This document shows, one piece after another, positions 1 to 11,363 of a stretch of DNA of 64,000 nucleotides. The first letter of the stretch is position 1, and the number at the start of each line of letters is the position of its first letter. The notes under the pieces were generated by a model. It ran no database searches. It worked only from the letters and a program-made list of their open reading frames with translations, and was not told the origin of the DNA. Location of the stretch: sequence record DRR723986_1300. One strand, given 5' to 3'. A program made the translations under genes and the position numbers.

Positions 1-1
1 C

Positions 2-118
2 CTGCGCATGTCCAACACCGAACCGGTGGTGCGACTGAATGTGGAGAGTCGCGGCGACCGCGAGTTGATGCAGCGCAAGACCAGCGAACTGCTGGAACTG
101 ATCGACGCAGGATCCTAG
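2..118 (+). CDS. manB: Phosphomannomutase/phosphoglucomutase, 3' end only (partial)
   Basis: Frame from nt 2 reads [19 protein letters not shown]...ELIDAGS*. RxSNTEP is the C-terminal phosphate-binding motif of PMM/PGM enzymes. Confidence 0.85.
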   Translation: MRMSNTEPVVRLNVESRGDRELMQRKTSELLELIDAGS

Positions 119-1761
119 GGTTTGCGTGCCGCCCGCCAGGCGGTGATATGGCGCAGGGTGGCGGGATCCAGGTCCGCCACTTCCGCCTCCGGCGCGTCCA
201 TTGCCGCGACAATGGCCACCCCGATCTCCTTGCCCAGTTCCACGCCCCACTGATCGAAGGAATTAATACCCCACAGCTGGCCGCTGACATAGGTGCGGTG
301 CTCATACAGCGCCAGCAGCGCGCCAAGTGTCGCCGGGGTGAGGGCCGGCATGCTGATAATGCTGTTTGGCCGGTTGCCGGGCATCGTCAGGTGCGGCGCC
401 AGGCGCTCCGCCTCGGCGGCGGACAGGCCTCGTCCCAGCAAGCTGTCCCGGGCCTGCTGCGCGGACCGCCCGACCAGCATCGCCCGGCTCTGGGCCAGGC
501 AGTTGGCGACCAGCTGCCGGTGCTGGGCCACCATCCCGGTATGGGTAGTGAGCGGCAGGATGAAATCGGCAGGGCAGAGCTGGGTTCCCTGGTGCAGCAA
601 CTGGTGAAAGGAGTGCTGGCCCATGGTGCCTGCCGAGCCCCACAGCACGGGCCCCGTCGGGTAGTCCAGCTCGCCGCCGTCCCGGTCAACCCGCTTGCCG
701 TTGCTTTCCATGGTCAGCTGCTGGAGGAAATCCGGCAGCCGCCGGAGTAACTGGTCGTAAGGCAATACCACGTGGCTACCGGCGCCCAGGCCATTGCAGT
801 ACCACAGCTCCAGCAGCCCCATAAGCATCGGCAGGTTGTGCTCGATGGGTGTCTCAAGGAAGTGTCTGTCCATGGCCTCGGCGCCGGCCAGGAACTCGCT
901 GAACGACGCCCAGCCCACTGAGATCGCGCAGCTCAGGCCGACCGCAGACCATACCGAGTAGCGGCCGCCGACCCAGTCCCACAGCGGCAGGCAGTGATCC
1001 GCCGGGATGCCGAACTCAGCGGCCGCCGTGAGGTTGGTGGTAATCGCCAGGAAATGTTGTGCCAGCGCCTCGTCGGTGGCGCCGGCGTGGCGCAGCCAGT
1101 CCCGTGCGGCGAGGCTGTTGGTCAGGGTTTCCTCCGTGCGGAAGGACTTGGAGCAGAGAATGAACAGTGTGGTCCCGGGATTCAGGTCCAGCAGCGTGTC
1201 CTGCAGATCCGTCGGGTCGATGTTGGCCACATAGTGGCAGGCGATATGCCCGGCGAACGGCTTCAATGCCTCGCTGACCAGCCGCGGACCGAGGTCGGAA
1301 CCCCCGATGCCGATATTCACCACGTCAGTAATGATTTCTCCGGCAAAGCCGCGCTGTTCACCCGCGTTGAGGCGTTCCACCCAGGCGCGCATCCGCTGCC
1401 GAGTGGCATCCACCTGGGCGTATTCAGTGGTGAGGCCCGGCGGTGCCGCGCTCGCGCGCAGCAGGCTGTGCAGGGCCGCGCGCTGTTCCGTGTTGTTGAC
1501 CTTGCCACCGGTCAGCAGAGTCCTGGACTGGGAGGGCAGATCTACCTCGCTGGCGAGCTGGAGCAGTGCGTCCAGCGCCGCGCCGTCGAGCAGGTGTTTG
1601 CTGTAGTCCAGCTCAAGACCTGCTGCCGCGGCGGTCATGCGCTGCGCCCGGGCCGGATCATCCGCAAACATGCGGATGATACTGGCGTCAGTGAGACGCG
1701 TGGCGTGGCGTTGAATCTCCGCGTAGGCGGCGCGCTGGGTCAGGGGGACACTGTGGGTCAT
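115..1761 (-). CDS. pgi: Glucose-6-phosphate isomerase
   Basis: Motifs [30 protein letters not shown] and [11 protein letters not shown]. Start trimmed to ATG 1761 (MTHSVP). Confidence 0.95.
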   Translation of the reverse strand: MTHSVPLTQRAAYAEIQRHATRLTDASIIRMFADDPARAQRMTAAAAGLELDYSKHLLDGAALDALLQLASEVDLPSQSRTLLTGGKVNNTEQRAALHSLLRASAAPPGLTTEYAQVDATRQRMRAWVERLNAGEQRGFAGEIITDVVNIGIGGSDLGPRLVSEALKPFAGHIACHYVANIDPTDLQDTLLDLNPGTTLFILCSKSFRTEETLTNSLAARDWLRHAGATDEALAQHFLAITTNLTAAAEFGIPADHCLPLWDWVGGRYSVWSAVGLSCAISVGWASFSEFLAGAEAMDRHFLETPIEHNLPMLMGLLELWYCNGLGAGSHVVLPYDQLLRRLPDFLQQLTMESNGKRVDRDGGELDYPTGPVLWGSAGTMGQHSFHQLLHQGTQLCPADFILPLTTHTGMVAQHRQLVANCLAQSRAMLVGRSAQQARDSLLGRGLSAAEAERLAPHLTMPGNRPNSIISMPALTPATLGALLALYEHRTYVSGQLWGINSFDQWGVELGKEIGVAIVAAMDAPEAEVADLDPATLRHITAWRAARKP

Positions 1762-1831
1762 TTGTCGGGCGGGGTCCCAGCGGTTCAGGGCGACCCAGTA
1801 TAGGTTGCGGGCAGTTGCCGGCGCAATCGCC

Positions 1832-2794
1832 TCAGTGGTCGCGGTCCACCGACAGGCCGGCGAGGCGCGCCAGGGCGTCCCGGGCGTCGCTCGCAGGCAG
1901 ATGGTCAAGGCTGGCCAGCGCCCGGTCGCGGTAGGCAATTGCCTGCTCCCGGGTGCTGCTAATACCGTCGCAGCGTTTGACGGCGGCCAGCACGGCCTCG
2001 AGTTGGCTGGCGTCGCGGTCATTGATCGCCTGGCGTACCAGGGCCTGCTCTTCCGCCGAGCCGCCATTGAGCACCCGGATCAGGGGCAGGGTGGGCTTGC
2101 CTTCGGTGAGATCGTCGCCGACGTTCTTGCCCATGGTGGCGGGGTCGCCGGCGTAATCGAGCACGTCATCGATCATCTGGAACGCGATACCCAGATTGAG
2201 GCCGAACTGCTCCAGTGCATCCGTCACCCGGGGCTCGCAGCCGCGCAACATGGCGGCGCCGCGGCAGGCGGCGGCGAACAGGATCGCGGTCTTGCGGGTG
2301 ATCACATCCAGGTATTGCTGTTCGGTGGTATTGGCATCCCCGGCGCGCACCAGCTGCAGTACCTCGCCTTCGGCGATGGTGTTGGTGGTGTCGGCCATGT
2401 GGCGCAGCAGAGGCATGTTGTCCAGTTCGACCATCAGCTGGAATGCCCGGGTATAGAGGAAGTCGCCCACCAGGACGCTGGGCGCATTGCCGAACTCGGC
2501 GTTGGCTGTGGGTCGCCCGCGGCGCAGTTCCGAGAGGTCGACCACGTCGTCGTGGAGCAAGGTCGCGGTATGGATGAATTCGATGACCGCGGCAAACTTG
2601 ACCTGGTCTGCCGTGCACTCACCGAGCGCCTTTGCCATCAGCAGCACCAGCAGTGGACGCAGGCGCTTGCCACCGGCGTCGACGATGTAATGCCCCACGT
2701 TCTCGACCATGGCCACATCGGAGTGGAGCTGGTCGACGATGAGTTGGTTTACCTGATCGAATTCACCGGCGACCGAGGCGCGAATCTGCTGCAT
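1832..2794 (-). CDS. ispB: Octaprenyl-diphosphate synthase
   Basis: GGKRLRP, LLHDDVVD (FARM) and FQMIDDVLD (SARM). Canonical divergent position next to rplU. Confidence 0.93.
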   Translation of the reverse strand: MQQIRASVAGEFDQVNQLIVDQLHSDVAMVENVGHYIVDAGGKRLRPLLVLLMAKALGECTADQVKFAAVIEFIHTATLLHDDVVDLSELRRGRPTANAEFGNAPSVLVGDFLYTRAFQLMVELDNMPLLRHMADTTNTIAEGEVLQLVRAGDANTTEQQYLDVITRKTAILFAAACRGAAMLRGCEPRVTDALEQFGLNLGIAFQMIDDVLDYAGDPATMGKNVGDDLTEGKPTLPLIRVLNGGSAEEQALVRQAINDRDASQLEAVLAAVKRCDGISSTREQAIAYRDRALASLDHLPASDARDALARLAGLSVDRDH

Positions 2795-2911
2795 AAGATA
2801 GTTGCGGATGTCGAGTGCCCGCGCATGCTAGGGTGCACCCTCCGGGGTGTCAAGCGTTGCCCACCCCCCGGAATCTGCGCTAAGCCCTTGTCCCGACAGG
2901 GAAAATATCCC

Positions 2912-2948
2912 TTGCCGCTGGCTGTGTATTTGAGTAAAATCGCCGCCC
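2912..2948 (+). promoter_or_regulatory. Sigma70 promoter of rplU-rpmA with GC-rich discriminator
   Basis: TTGCCG (2912-2917), 17-bp spacer, TAAAAT (2935-2940), followed by CGCCGCCC. Confidence 0.65.
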
Positions 2949-3075
2949 TCATGCCGCTGGTCGACCCTGAAAAGTGACCGGTGGGGTATGGTTAAACTGT
3001 TTGTGCCTGGCTCTGCCCCCTTGATTTCAAAGGGTTTTTTCCAACAGCGAGCAGGCTAATTAAACGGAGTGAACG

Positions 3076-3384
3076 ATGTACGCAGTTATTGAAAGCGGTG
3101 GCAAGCAGCACCGTGTCGTTGAGGGCGAGACCCTCAAGCTGGAAAAAATTGAAGCCGCCACAGGTGATACGGTCGAATTCGATCGCGTCCTGATGGTGGG
3201 TGGCGATGCCGTGAAGATCGGCACGCCGTTGCTGGCCGGCAGCAAGGTCACCGCCGAGGTGGTCGCCCACGGTCGTCACCCCAAGGTGAAGATCGTCAAG
3301 TTCAATCGCCGCAAGCACTATCGCAAAGAAACCGGCCATCGCCAGTGGTTCACGGAAGTGAAGATCACCGGTATTTCGGCCTAA
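3076..3384 (+). CDS. rplU: 50S ribosomal protein L21
   Basis: [14 protein letters not shown]...[14 protein letters not shown]. Confidence 0.98.
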   Translation: MYAVIESGGKQHRVVEGETLKLEKIEAATGDTVEFDRVLMVGGDAVKIGTPLLAGSKVTAEVVAHGRHPKVKIVKFNRRKHYRKETGHRQWFTEVKITGISA

Positions 3385-3399
3385 AGGAGGGTATCGACC

Positions 3400-3657
3400 A
3401 TGGCACACAAGAAAGCGGGTGGTAGTACCCGGAACGGACGTGATTCCGAAAGTAAACGTCTTGGCGTAAAGCGCTTTGGCGGTGAAGTCGTGCAGCCGGG
3501 CAACATTATCGTGCGCCAGCGCGGCACCCGGTTCCACGCCGGCTCCAATGTGCGTGTAGGCAAGGACCACACCCTGTTCGCCACGGCGGAGGGCAAAGTC
3601 GAGTTCGTGGTCCGCGGACCGAAGAACCGCAAGTTCGTTCAGGTGGTGAGCGCCTGA
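3400..3657 (+). CDS. rpmA: 50S ribosomal protein L27
   Basis: [35 protein letters not shown] ribosome-binding site upstream. Confidence 0.99.
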   Translation: MAHKKAGGSTRNGRDSESKRLGVKRFGGEVVQPGNIIVRQRGTRFHAGSNVRVGKDHTLFATAEGKVEFVVRGPKNRKFVQVVSA

Positions 3658-3681
3658 ATCGCGACTGACGCAAGTGACCCG

Positions 3682-3713
3682 AAAAGCCTCGTCAACTGAC
3701 GGGGCTTTTTTTT
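3682..3713 (+). terminator. Rho-independent terminator after rpmA
   Basis: AAAAGCCTCGTCA-AC-TGACGGGGC hairpin followed by an 8-T run. Confidence 0.85.
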
Positions 3714-3842
3714 GCCTGGCGTGCACTCATCGCGAATGGACCATTGGTGGCCGGGGCGCGACCTCTGCGTCGCGCACAGTCGGACCAGAAGCCCTTGGAG
3801 GGTGCTGGCACGATCAGCACGCTGAACATTGATTAGAGGTAG

Positions 3843-5047
<1,205 letters not shown>

Positions 5048-5048
<1 letters not shown>

Positions 5049-6169
5049 TGACTGAGAGATCCGATATCCGCACTGCCCGCCGCTGGGTGGTGAAGGTAGG
5101 CAGCGCCCTGCTGACCAATGATGGTCGCGGCCTCGACCGTGAGGTGATCGCCGGGCTGGTCGGGCAACTGGCCGCGTTACGCCAGCGAGACTGCGAGGTG
5201 GTGCTGGTATCCAGCGGTGCCGTGGCGGCAGGTGTGGTGCGCCTGGGCTGGAGCAGCCGTCCCACCGCCCTGCATGATCTGCAGGCTGCCGCCGCGGTGG
5301 GCCAGTCGGAACTGGTCCAGAGCTACGAAAACGCGTTCCGCGAATTTGGCCATGCAACCGCCCAGGTTCTGCTCGGCCACGATGACGTTATTGCCCGCGA
5401 TCGCTACCTGAATGCCCGCGGTACCCTGAATACCCTGCTGTCCCTGGGGGTTATCCCGGTGGTCAACGAGAACGATACCGTGGTCACCGATGAGATACGG
5501 TTCGGCGACAACGATACGCTGGCGGCGCTGGTGGCCAATCTTATCGATGCTGACGCCCTGCTGCTGTTGACCGACCAGGACGGGCTGTTCGACGCCGATC
5601 CACGCAGCAACCCGGCTGCGCGCCTGGTGGAAGTGAGCGATGTGCATGCGCCGGAACTCGATGCCATGGCAGGCGAGGGCGGCGCACTGGGGCGCGGCGG
5701 CATGGTGACCAAGCTGCGCGCCGCCCGGCTCGCGGCCCGCTCCGGCACCGAGACGGTCATCGCCAATGGCCGCAGTGAGGGAGTTATCGCCCGGGTCAGC
5801 AACGGCGAAGCGGTGGGCACCTGGTTGCGCACCGGCAAGCAGCCGCAAAACGCACGCAAACAGTGGCTGGCGAGTCTGGTGCAGGTACAGGGCAGTGTGG
5901 AGCTGGACGCGGGTGCCGTACGGGTGCTGCGTGATTCCGGCCGCAGTCTGCTGCCAGTTGGCGTGCGCGATGTGCGCGGGCAGTTTGCCCGCGGTGACAT
6001 GGTGTCTTGCCGGGATGCCGAGGGCCGCGAGGTGGCCCGGGGCCTTGTCAACTACAACGCCGACGAAACCCGGCGGATCATGGGCTCAGCATCCAGCGCA
6101 ATCGAGGGCATCCTCGGTTACGGCGGTGACCCGGAGCTGATTCACCGGGACAACCTCGTCCTCAGTTAA
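5048..6169 (+). CDS. proB: Glutamate 5-kinase with PUA domain
   Basis: [34 protein letters not shown] and C-terminal IHRDNLV. Confidence 0.97.
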
Positions 6170-6180
6170 GGCGCGGGTAC

Positions 6181-7722
6181 TCAGCTCAGCCAGCGACCCA
6201 GCGGCGTCTTGAGCCACATGAAGTCCATCAGCTTGCGCATACCCTCAGCGTTCTTCGCGCTGTAGGGATAGGCGTTCTGCATCTTGCCACCGAAACGGTC
6301 AATGACGATGGGCATTTCGTGGCTATAGCCGCGAATACCTTTCTTGCCGTTGACCTGGCCCAGGCCTGAGCTCTTGCGACCGCCGAAGGGCGCTGCCGGG
6401 ATACCGTAGCTCACCGCCATGTCGTTGACACTGCAGGAGCCGGTGTCGATAGCCGAGGCCAGTCGATAGCCCTTGTCCTTGTCCCTGGTCCAGACATTGC
6501 CGTTCAGACCGAACTCGGAGTCATTGGCCAGGGCCAGGGCCTCCTCCTCGGAGTCGACTTTCTGGATGCAAAGGATGGGGCCGAAGGTCTCGTGCAACAT
6601 GATGTCCATGTTGTTGCCAACCTCGGTTATCACCGTCGGTTCATAGTACAGGCCGGGCAGGTCCGGGTTGCGGCGGCCACCCATGTGGATAGTGGCGCCC
6701 TTGGCGCGGGCATCTTCCACGTGGGCCTCGATGATCGCCAGCTGGCGATCCCAGAACACCGCTCCAATATCCTCGTCCCAACCGTGCTGCTGGCCCTGGC
6801 GCAGCTGCTTGCCTTTCTCCAGCACCAGGCGCAGGAATTCGTCGTAGACCGATGCCACTACGTAGATGCGCTCCGTACCACAGCAGTAGTGGCCGGTGTT
6901 CATGCACGAGCCCAGCCAGGCGCCATCGGCGGCGCGGTCCAGGTCGGCATCGGCGCAGACGATCATGGCGTCGTTACCGCCCAGCTCCAGGGTGCAGGGG
7001 ATCAACTGGCTGGCGCAAGCCTCCGCGACCTTGCGTCCGGTCGCAACGCTGCCGGTGAACGAGACCTTGTCGACCCCGCCGCGCACGATAGCCGCGCCGG
7101 TTTCTCCATCACCCAGCAACACCTGGAGTACGCCTTCCGGCAGCCCCGCCTCGGTGAAGATGGTTTCCGCCAGTTTGGCGGAGAAGGGGGTAACCTCGGA
7201 GCCCTTGGCGACGACGGTATTGCCCGCGAGGATAGCCTGCACCGCCTGGTTCATGACCAGCACGAAGGGACCGTTCCAGGGGGTGATCAGGCCGACCACA
7301 CCCAGTGGTTTGTAGATGATCCGCAGCTGTTTGGCGATACCGAGGATGCCGTGTATCCGCCGTTTATGCGGACGCAGGAATTTCTCCGCATTCTTGGCGT
7401 AATAGCACAGGGAATCCGCGACCGAGAAGATCTCCATGCTCATGGCGTCGGTGCGCGCCTTGCCGGTTTCGGCCACCACCGTGTCGATGATCTCGTCCTG
7501 GCGGCGCAGCACGATTTCCAGGGCGCGGCGCACGATGGCAGTACGTTCCTGCATGCTGGTAGCGGCCCAGCCGGGCTGTGCGGCCCTGGCGCGCTGGATA
7601 GCGGCGGCGACATCATCGGTATTGGCGCACACCAGTTCACCGGTGGGTTCCAGGGTCACCGGGCTGCGCAGTTGCAGGTGGCGATGGGAATCGTTGGAAG
7701 TAATAGGTTCGTAGATCGACAT
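6181..7722 (-). CDS. NAD(P)-dependent aldehyde dehydrogenase
   Basis: ITPWNGP, FTGSVATG, LELGGND, catalytic Cys in TGHYCCG, and ETFGP. Confidence 0.92.
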   Translation of the reverse strand: MSIYEPITSNDSHRHLQLRSPVTLEPTGELVCANTDDVAAAIQRARAAQPGWAATSMQERTAIVRRALEIVLRRQDEIIDTVVAETGKARTDAMSMEIFSVADSLCYYAKNAEKFLRPHKRRIHGILGIAKQLRIIYKPLGVVGLITPWNGPFVLVMNQAVQAILAGNTVVAKGSEVTPFSAKLAETIFTEAGLPEGVLQVLLGDGETGAAIVRGGVDKVSFTGSVATGRKVAEACASQLIPCTLELGGNDAMIVCADADLDRAADGAWLGSCMNTGHYCCGTERIYVVASVYDEFLRLVLEKGKQLRQGQQHGWDEDIGAVFWDRQLAIIEAHVEDARAKGATIHMGGRRNPDLPGLYYEPTVITEVGNNMDIMLHETFGPILCIQKVDSEEEALALANDSEFGLNGNVWTRDKDKGYRLASAIDTGSCSVNDMAVSYGIPAAPFGGRKSSGLGQVNGKKGIRGYSHEMPIVIDRFGGKMQNAYPYSAKNAEGMRKLMDFMWLKTPLGRWLS

Positions 7723-7752
7723 GGGGGCTCCGCGTTGGGCTGCTGCAGCTAG

Positions 7753-7781
7753 AAACTAATGGTCGTTAGTCTCGGTGTCAA
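7753..7781 (-). promoter_or_regulatory. Sigma70 promoter of the aldehyde dehydrogenase with an overlapping palindromic operator
   Basis: Minus strand TTGACA (7781-7776), 17 bp, TAGTTT (7758-7753). Inverted repeat ACTAA-N6-TTAGT at 7755-7770. Confidence 0.65.
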
Positions 7782-7916
7782 TGCTGCGCCGGCAGCAGTT
7801 TCTGCGGGCCGTGGCGCTGGTGCGGGGTGTTGTACTGGCAATGGGGCAGGGGGTGAATTACAGGGCGGCCGGAATGTGAAATAATCGCCTGCTTTTGTCG
7901 CCTGTCGAAGAATCTG

Positions 7917-8762
7917 ATGGATATCAGCCCGAGCCTCCTGCTTGTCGCCTATAGCGTGGCCATTGCGGTCTTTTCGCTGCTGGGCGGCTTGCTGCCCGGT
8001 TGGATCCGGATGACCCACACCCGGACCCAGGTGATCATGAGCCTGGTATCGGGCCTGATGATCGGCGTGGCGTTCTACCACCTGTTGCCCCACAGCGTGG
8101 CCAACTACGGCGGGGTGGGCGCTATAGACCGGGCGGTCTGGTGGTTGATGATCGGCCTGATTACCATGCTGTTGCTACTGCGCATGTTCCACTTCCACCA
8201 GCACGATTTCAGCGGTGAGGAGCACGAACACCACGACCATGGCATACCGGAACACACCCCGGCCCACCGCCTGGCCTGGGTGGGCATCGCCCTTGGCCTG
8301 GGTGTCCACACCCTGATTGACGGTATCGCCCTCGGCGCTGTGCTGCAGAGTGAGTCCTCGCAGGTGGTGAGCGGCCTGCTCGGCCTGGGTGTGTTTCTCG
8401 CCATCCTGCTGCACAAACCGCTGGATGCGATGTCGATCACCACGGTGATGCGCGCCGGGGGCTGGAACCAGGGTGCGCAACGAGCCGCTAACCTGGGCTT
8501 CGCATTGATGTGCCCGCTGGGTGCGCTGATTTTCTACTTCGGGGTGGACCTGCTGGTTGATAGCCGGGATGTGGTCGTTGCCAGCGCGCTGGCTTTCTCC
8601 GCGGGGGCCTTTATCTGTATCGCACTCAGCGACCTGTTACCCGAGGTGCACTTCCACAGCCATGATCGCGGTAAGCTGACCCTGGCGTTCCTGGTTGGGA
8701 TCGGGCTGGCCTTCGCAATCGGCACCCTGGAGCCGGCCAGCGCCCATCTGCACGTCGGTTAA
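7917..8762 (+). CDS. ZIP family metal transporter
   Basis: Multi-TM protein with a His-rich loop (HFHQH...HEHHDH), HTLIDG, LHKPLD and DLLPEVH. Confidence 0.9.
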   Translation: MDISPSLLLVAYSVAIAVFSLLGGLLPGWIRMTHTRTQVIMSLVSGLMIGVAFYHLLPHSVANYGGVGAIDRAVWWLMIGLITMLLLLRMFHFHQHDFSGEEHEHHDHGIPEHTPAHRLAWVGIALGLGVHTLIDGIALGAVLQSESSQVVSGLLGLGVFLAILLHKPLDAMSITTVMRAGGWNQGAQRAANLGFALMCPLGALIFYFGVDLLVDSRDVVVASALAFSAGAFICIALSDLLPEVHFHSHDRGKLTLAFLVGIGLAFAIGTLEPASAHLHVG

Positions 8763-8773
8763 AGGAGAACATC

Positions 8774-9223
8774 ATGGTCAAACGTATCGTTTACCCGCCT
8801 ATGTGGTTGCTGCTGGGTATCGTAGTGACCTTTGTGCTGAACGAATATTTTCCCGGTCCGCGCTTCACCAGCCTCGAAGGCCAGCTGGCTGGTGGATTGC
8901 TGATCCTGGTGGGCCTGGTGCTGCTGGTCATCGCCGGTGGGCTATTCCAGCGGGCGGGTACCAACCTGATCCCGTTCAAGCCGGTCACCGCGCTGGTGAC
9001 CACAGGGGTGTACCGGTATACCCGCAACCCCATGTACCTGGGCATGGCCAGTGTCTTGCTGGGTCTGGCGATCACGGTGGGCGCTACCACCGCGCTGGCG
9101 GTCGCGCCGTTGTTCATGCTGATTATCGAGCTGCGCTTCATCCGCCCGGAGGAGGAGATGCTGCGGGGCGTTTTCCCCGAGGAGTTTCCGGCCTACTGTC
9201 AGCGGGTCCGGCGCTGGCTGTGA
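8774..9223 (+). CDS. Isoprenylcysteine carboxyl methyltransferase/PEMT family membrane protein
   Basis: LVTTGVYRYTRNPMYLG and EEEMLRGVF...YCQRVRRWL. Confidence 0.88.
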   Translation: MVKRIVYPPMWLLLGIVVTFVLNEYFPGPRFTSLEGQLAGGLLILVGLVLLVIAGGLFQRAGTNLIPFKPVTALVTTGVYRYTRNPMYLGMASVLLGLAITVGATTALAVAPLFMLIIELRFIRPEEEMLRGVFPEEFPAYCQRVRRWL

Positions 9224-9224
9224 C

Positions 9225-9572
9225 TTATTGCGAGGGGCTGGCGACGAGTGCCCGGGCATCTGCCAGGCCACCGGCATTGGTGACCTTGGTATAGCCCAGG
9301 GCGTCCAGGCGGTCCTTGGCTCTCTGGGCGCGCCCACCCACGGCGCAGTACAGGTAGATCGGGGTGTCCTTGGTGAGCCCTAATTCGGCGGCGCCTTTCT
9401 CGATCCCATCCCAGGGCACGCGCACCGCGCCTTCCAGGTGATCCTGTTCGTACTCACCGACGGTTCTCACGTCGATCCACACCGCCTCGCTTGGTGGCTG
9501 CGCGAAGGCCAGGCCGGCCAGCAGGATAAGGACGGCGGCGATTATCTGTTTTCCCATGCTCAGGTGCCTCAC
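9225..9572 (-). CDS. Periplasmic rhodanese (PspE-like)
   Basis: Signal peptide, WIDVRT..EY...HLEGA, active loop YCAVGGRA and NAGG. The start may be the later Met (MGKQII). Confidence 0.85.
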   Translation of the reverse strand: MRHLSMGKQIIAAVLILLAGLAFAQPPSEAVWIDVRTVGEYEQDHLEGAVRVPWDGIEKGAAELGLTKDTPIYLYCAVGGRAQRAKDRLDALGYTKVTNAGGLADARALVASPSQ

Positions 9573-10651
9573 TTGTCAGCGCCCATTGCCAGGGCGCGGC
9601 TGCGGGTGGCGACCGGGTCGTTTTCGCGCCCGAGCCAGCCGCCGAGTTGCTCCTCGACCAGCGCCGCGAGGAACTGGATATGGTCGGGAGTCGCGTTGAG
9701 GCAGGGGATGTACTCGTAGCGCTTGCCGCCGGCCTCCATGAAGTACTCCCGGTTCTCCACCCCGATTTCCTCAATGGTCTCGAGGCAGTCGGCGGAGAAG
9801 CCAGGGCAGATCAGCTGTACCTCATCGATCCCCTCAGCAGGCAGGGCCTTGAGGGTTTCGTCGGTATAGGGTTTGAGCCATTCCTCGCGACCAAAGCGCG
9901 ACTGGAAGGTGGTCAGGTAATCATCCGGCCCCAGGTCCAGCGCTTCCGCCACCAGGCGGGTCGTCTTGTGGCACTGGCAGTGGTAGGGATCGCCATCATC
10001 GAGGTAGCGCCGCGGTTCCCCGTGGTAGGAGAAGATCAGTTTCCGGGCCCGGCCGTGTTCCTGCCAGTGCTGGCGGATGCTGTTGGCCAGGGCCGCGATA
10101 TAGCCCGGGTGGTCGCAGTAGTTGGCGACGAAGCGCAGGTCGGGGAGCCAGCGGCGGCGGGTGAGGTCGGCGGCGACCGCATCGAAGGTAGAACCGCCGG
10201 TCGGGCCGCTGTATTGCGGGTACAGCGGCAGCACCAGCAACTGACGGACTCCCGCGTCGAACAGTTGCTGCAGGCCGGCCGCGATCGAGGGCTGGCCGTA
10301 ACGCATCGCGAAGCCGACCACCACCTGGTCGCCCAGGCGCTCGCGTAACTGGTCGCCGAGTGCGGCGGCCTGGTCCCGGGTATACAGCAGCAGGGGTGAG
10401 CCTTCCTCGGTCCACACCGTGCGGTAGGCCTCGGCCGAGCGGCTGGGGCGAACATTAAGAATGATGCCGTTGAGAATCAGCCACCACAGCAGGCGCGGCA
10501 CTTCCACCACCCTTGGGTCAGACAGGAATTGCTTGAGGTAGGGCCGCAGCGCGCGCTTCTCCGGCGCTTCCGGTGTGCCGAGATTCGTGACGAGCACCCC
10601 GATCTTCGGGCGCTGCCCGTGATCGAACCCTGGTGAACCAACATAAGTCAT
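9569..10651 (-). CDS. hemH: Ferrochelatase
   Basis: NLGTP, FLSDPRVVE, MRYGQP, PLYPQYS, FQSRFG.EEWLKPYT and ADCLETIEEI. Confidence 0.96.
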   Translation of the reverse strand: MTYVGSPGFDHGQRPKIGVLVTNLGTPEAPEKRALRPYLKQFLSDPRVVEVPRLLWWLILNGIILNVRPSRSAEAYRTVWTEEGSPLLLYTRDQAAALGDQLRERLGDQVVVGFAMRYGQPSIAAGLQQLFDAGVRQLLVLPLYPQYSGPTGGSTFDAVAADLTRRRWLPDLRFVANYCDHPGYIAALANSIRQHWQEHGRARKLIFSYHGEPRRYLDDGDPYHCQCHKTTRLVAEALDLGPDDYLTTFQSRFGREEWLKPYTDETLKALPAEGIDEVQLICPGFSADCLETIEEIGVENREYFMEAGGKRYEYIPCLNATPDHIQFLAALVEEQLGGWLGRENDPVATRSRALAMGADK

Positions 10652-10764
10652 ATCAGGCCAATATACGTTGCCATGGGGGCTAATCCAAGCCGTTTCAGGC
10701 GCGCATGGTACGCGGGCGCGCGGGTTGGCGCTATCTCCATGGTTCCGGGGTGCCGCGCTCGGCG

Positions 10765-10817
10765 CAGTTCATCGACGGATACCGGCGCTTCGTCGAGAGT
10801 CACCCACAGTTCACCGA
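10765..10817 (+). promoter_or_regulatory. Three direct repeats at exact 21-bp period (LytTR-type operator candidate) upstream of the UrcA-family gene
   Basis: CAGTTCATCGA (10765), CGCTTCGTCGA (10786) and CAGTTCACCGA (10807). Confidence 0.6.
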
Positions 10818-10935
10818 AAGGCGCTTTTGGGGTTCAGGGGTTTTCCCTACATTTGTTTCCAAGGACGGGGCAGGAAGAGTTCCCAACCGTCAGAACCGGC
10901 GCTAATGCCTGACAAATCCTGTAGGGAGAACGACC

Positions 10936-11289
10936 ATGAAAATGAATGTAATCAGCAAGACTTTGGTATCTGCGGTAATCGGCCTTACCGCTGGTGTAGC
11001 CCTGAACGCCTCCGCTGACACCTATGGCGAAACCCTGGTGACCACCAGCGCGGAAGGCCTGCAGCAGATAACGGTAGCCTACGATGACCTGGATCTGAGC
11101 TCAGCACGCGCTCAGGAAACCCTGCACTACCGCATCAGCCGGGCGGCCGAGGCCGTATGTGGACCGACCAATCCGCGCGCTGCCGGTGGTATCACCCAGG
11201 CGACTGAAAACAAGCAGTGTTACGAGGCGGCAATGTCCGATGCCATGTCCCAGATGACGGCATCCCAGGTGGCTTCTACCGCCAAGTAA
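10936..11289 (+). CDS. UrcA family periplasmic protein
   Basis: Signal peptide, V.YDDLDLSS..AQETL..RI.RAAEAVCG and a second Cys in KQCYEAA. GGGAG RBS upstream. Confidence 0.82.
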   Translation: MKMNVISKTLVSAVIGLTAGVALNASADTYGETLVTTSAEGLQQITVAYDDLDLSSARAQETLHYRISRAAEAVCGPTNPRAAGGITQATENKQCYEAAMSDAMSQMTASQVASTAK

Positions 11290-11333
11290 TCTGCACGACG
11301 TTTTCCGGCTCCTGCAACCCCTGGTGGGAGCCG

Positions 11334-11363
11334 TCAGGTAACTGCCCTCGGGCAGTTACCTGA
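11334..11363. terminator. Perfect 14-bp inverted repeat overlapping the mtrC stop; likely terminator hairpin between convergent genes
   Basis: TCAGGTAACTGCCC-TC-GGGCAGTTACCTGA. A second hairpin (CGGCTCC...GGAGCCG) lies at about 11306-11333. Confidence 0.6.

Noticed and set aside
115-118. Convergent genes sharing CTAG stop overlaps (also 22378-22381 and 30149-30152)
   Set aside because: A common result of compact convergent gene packing with no sign of special function.
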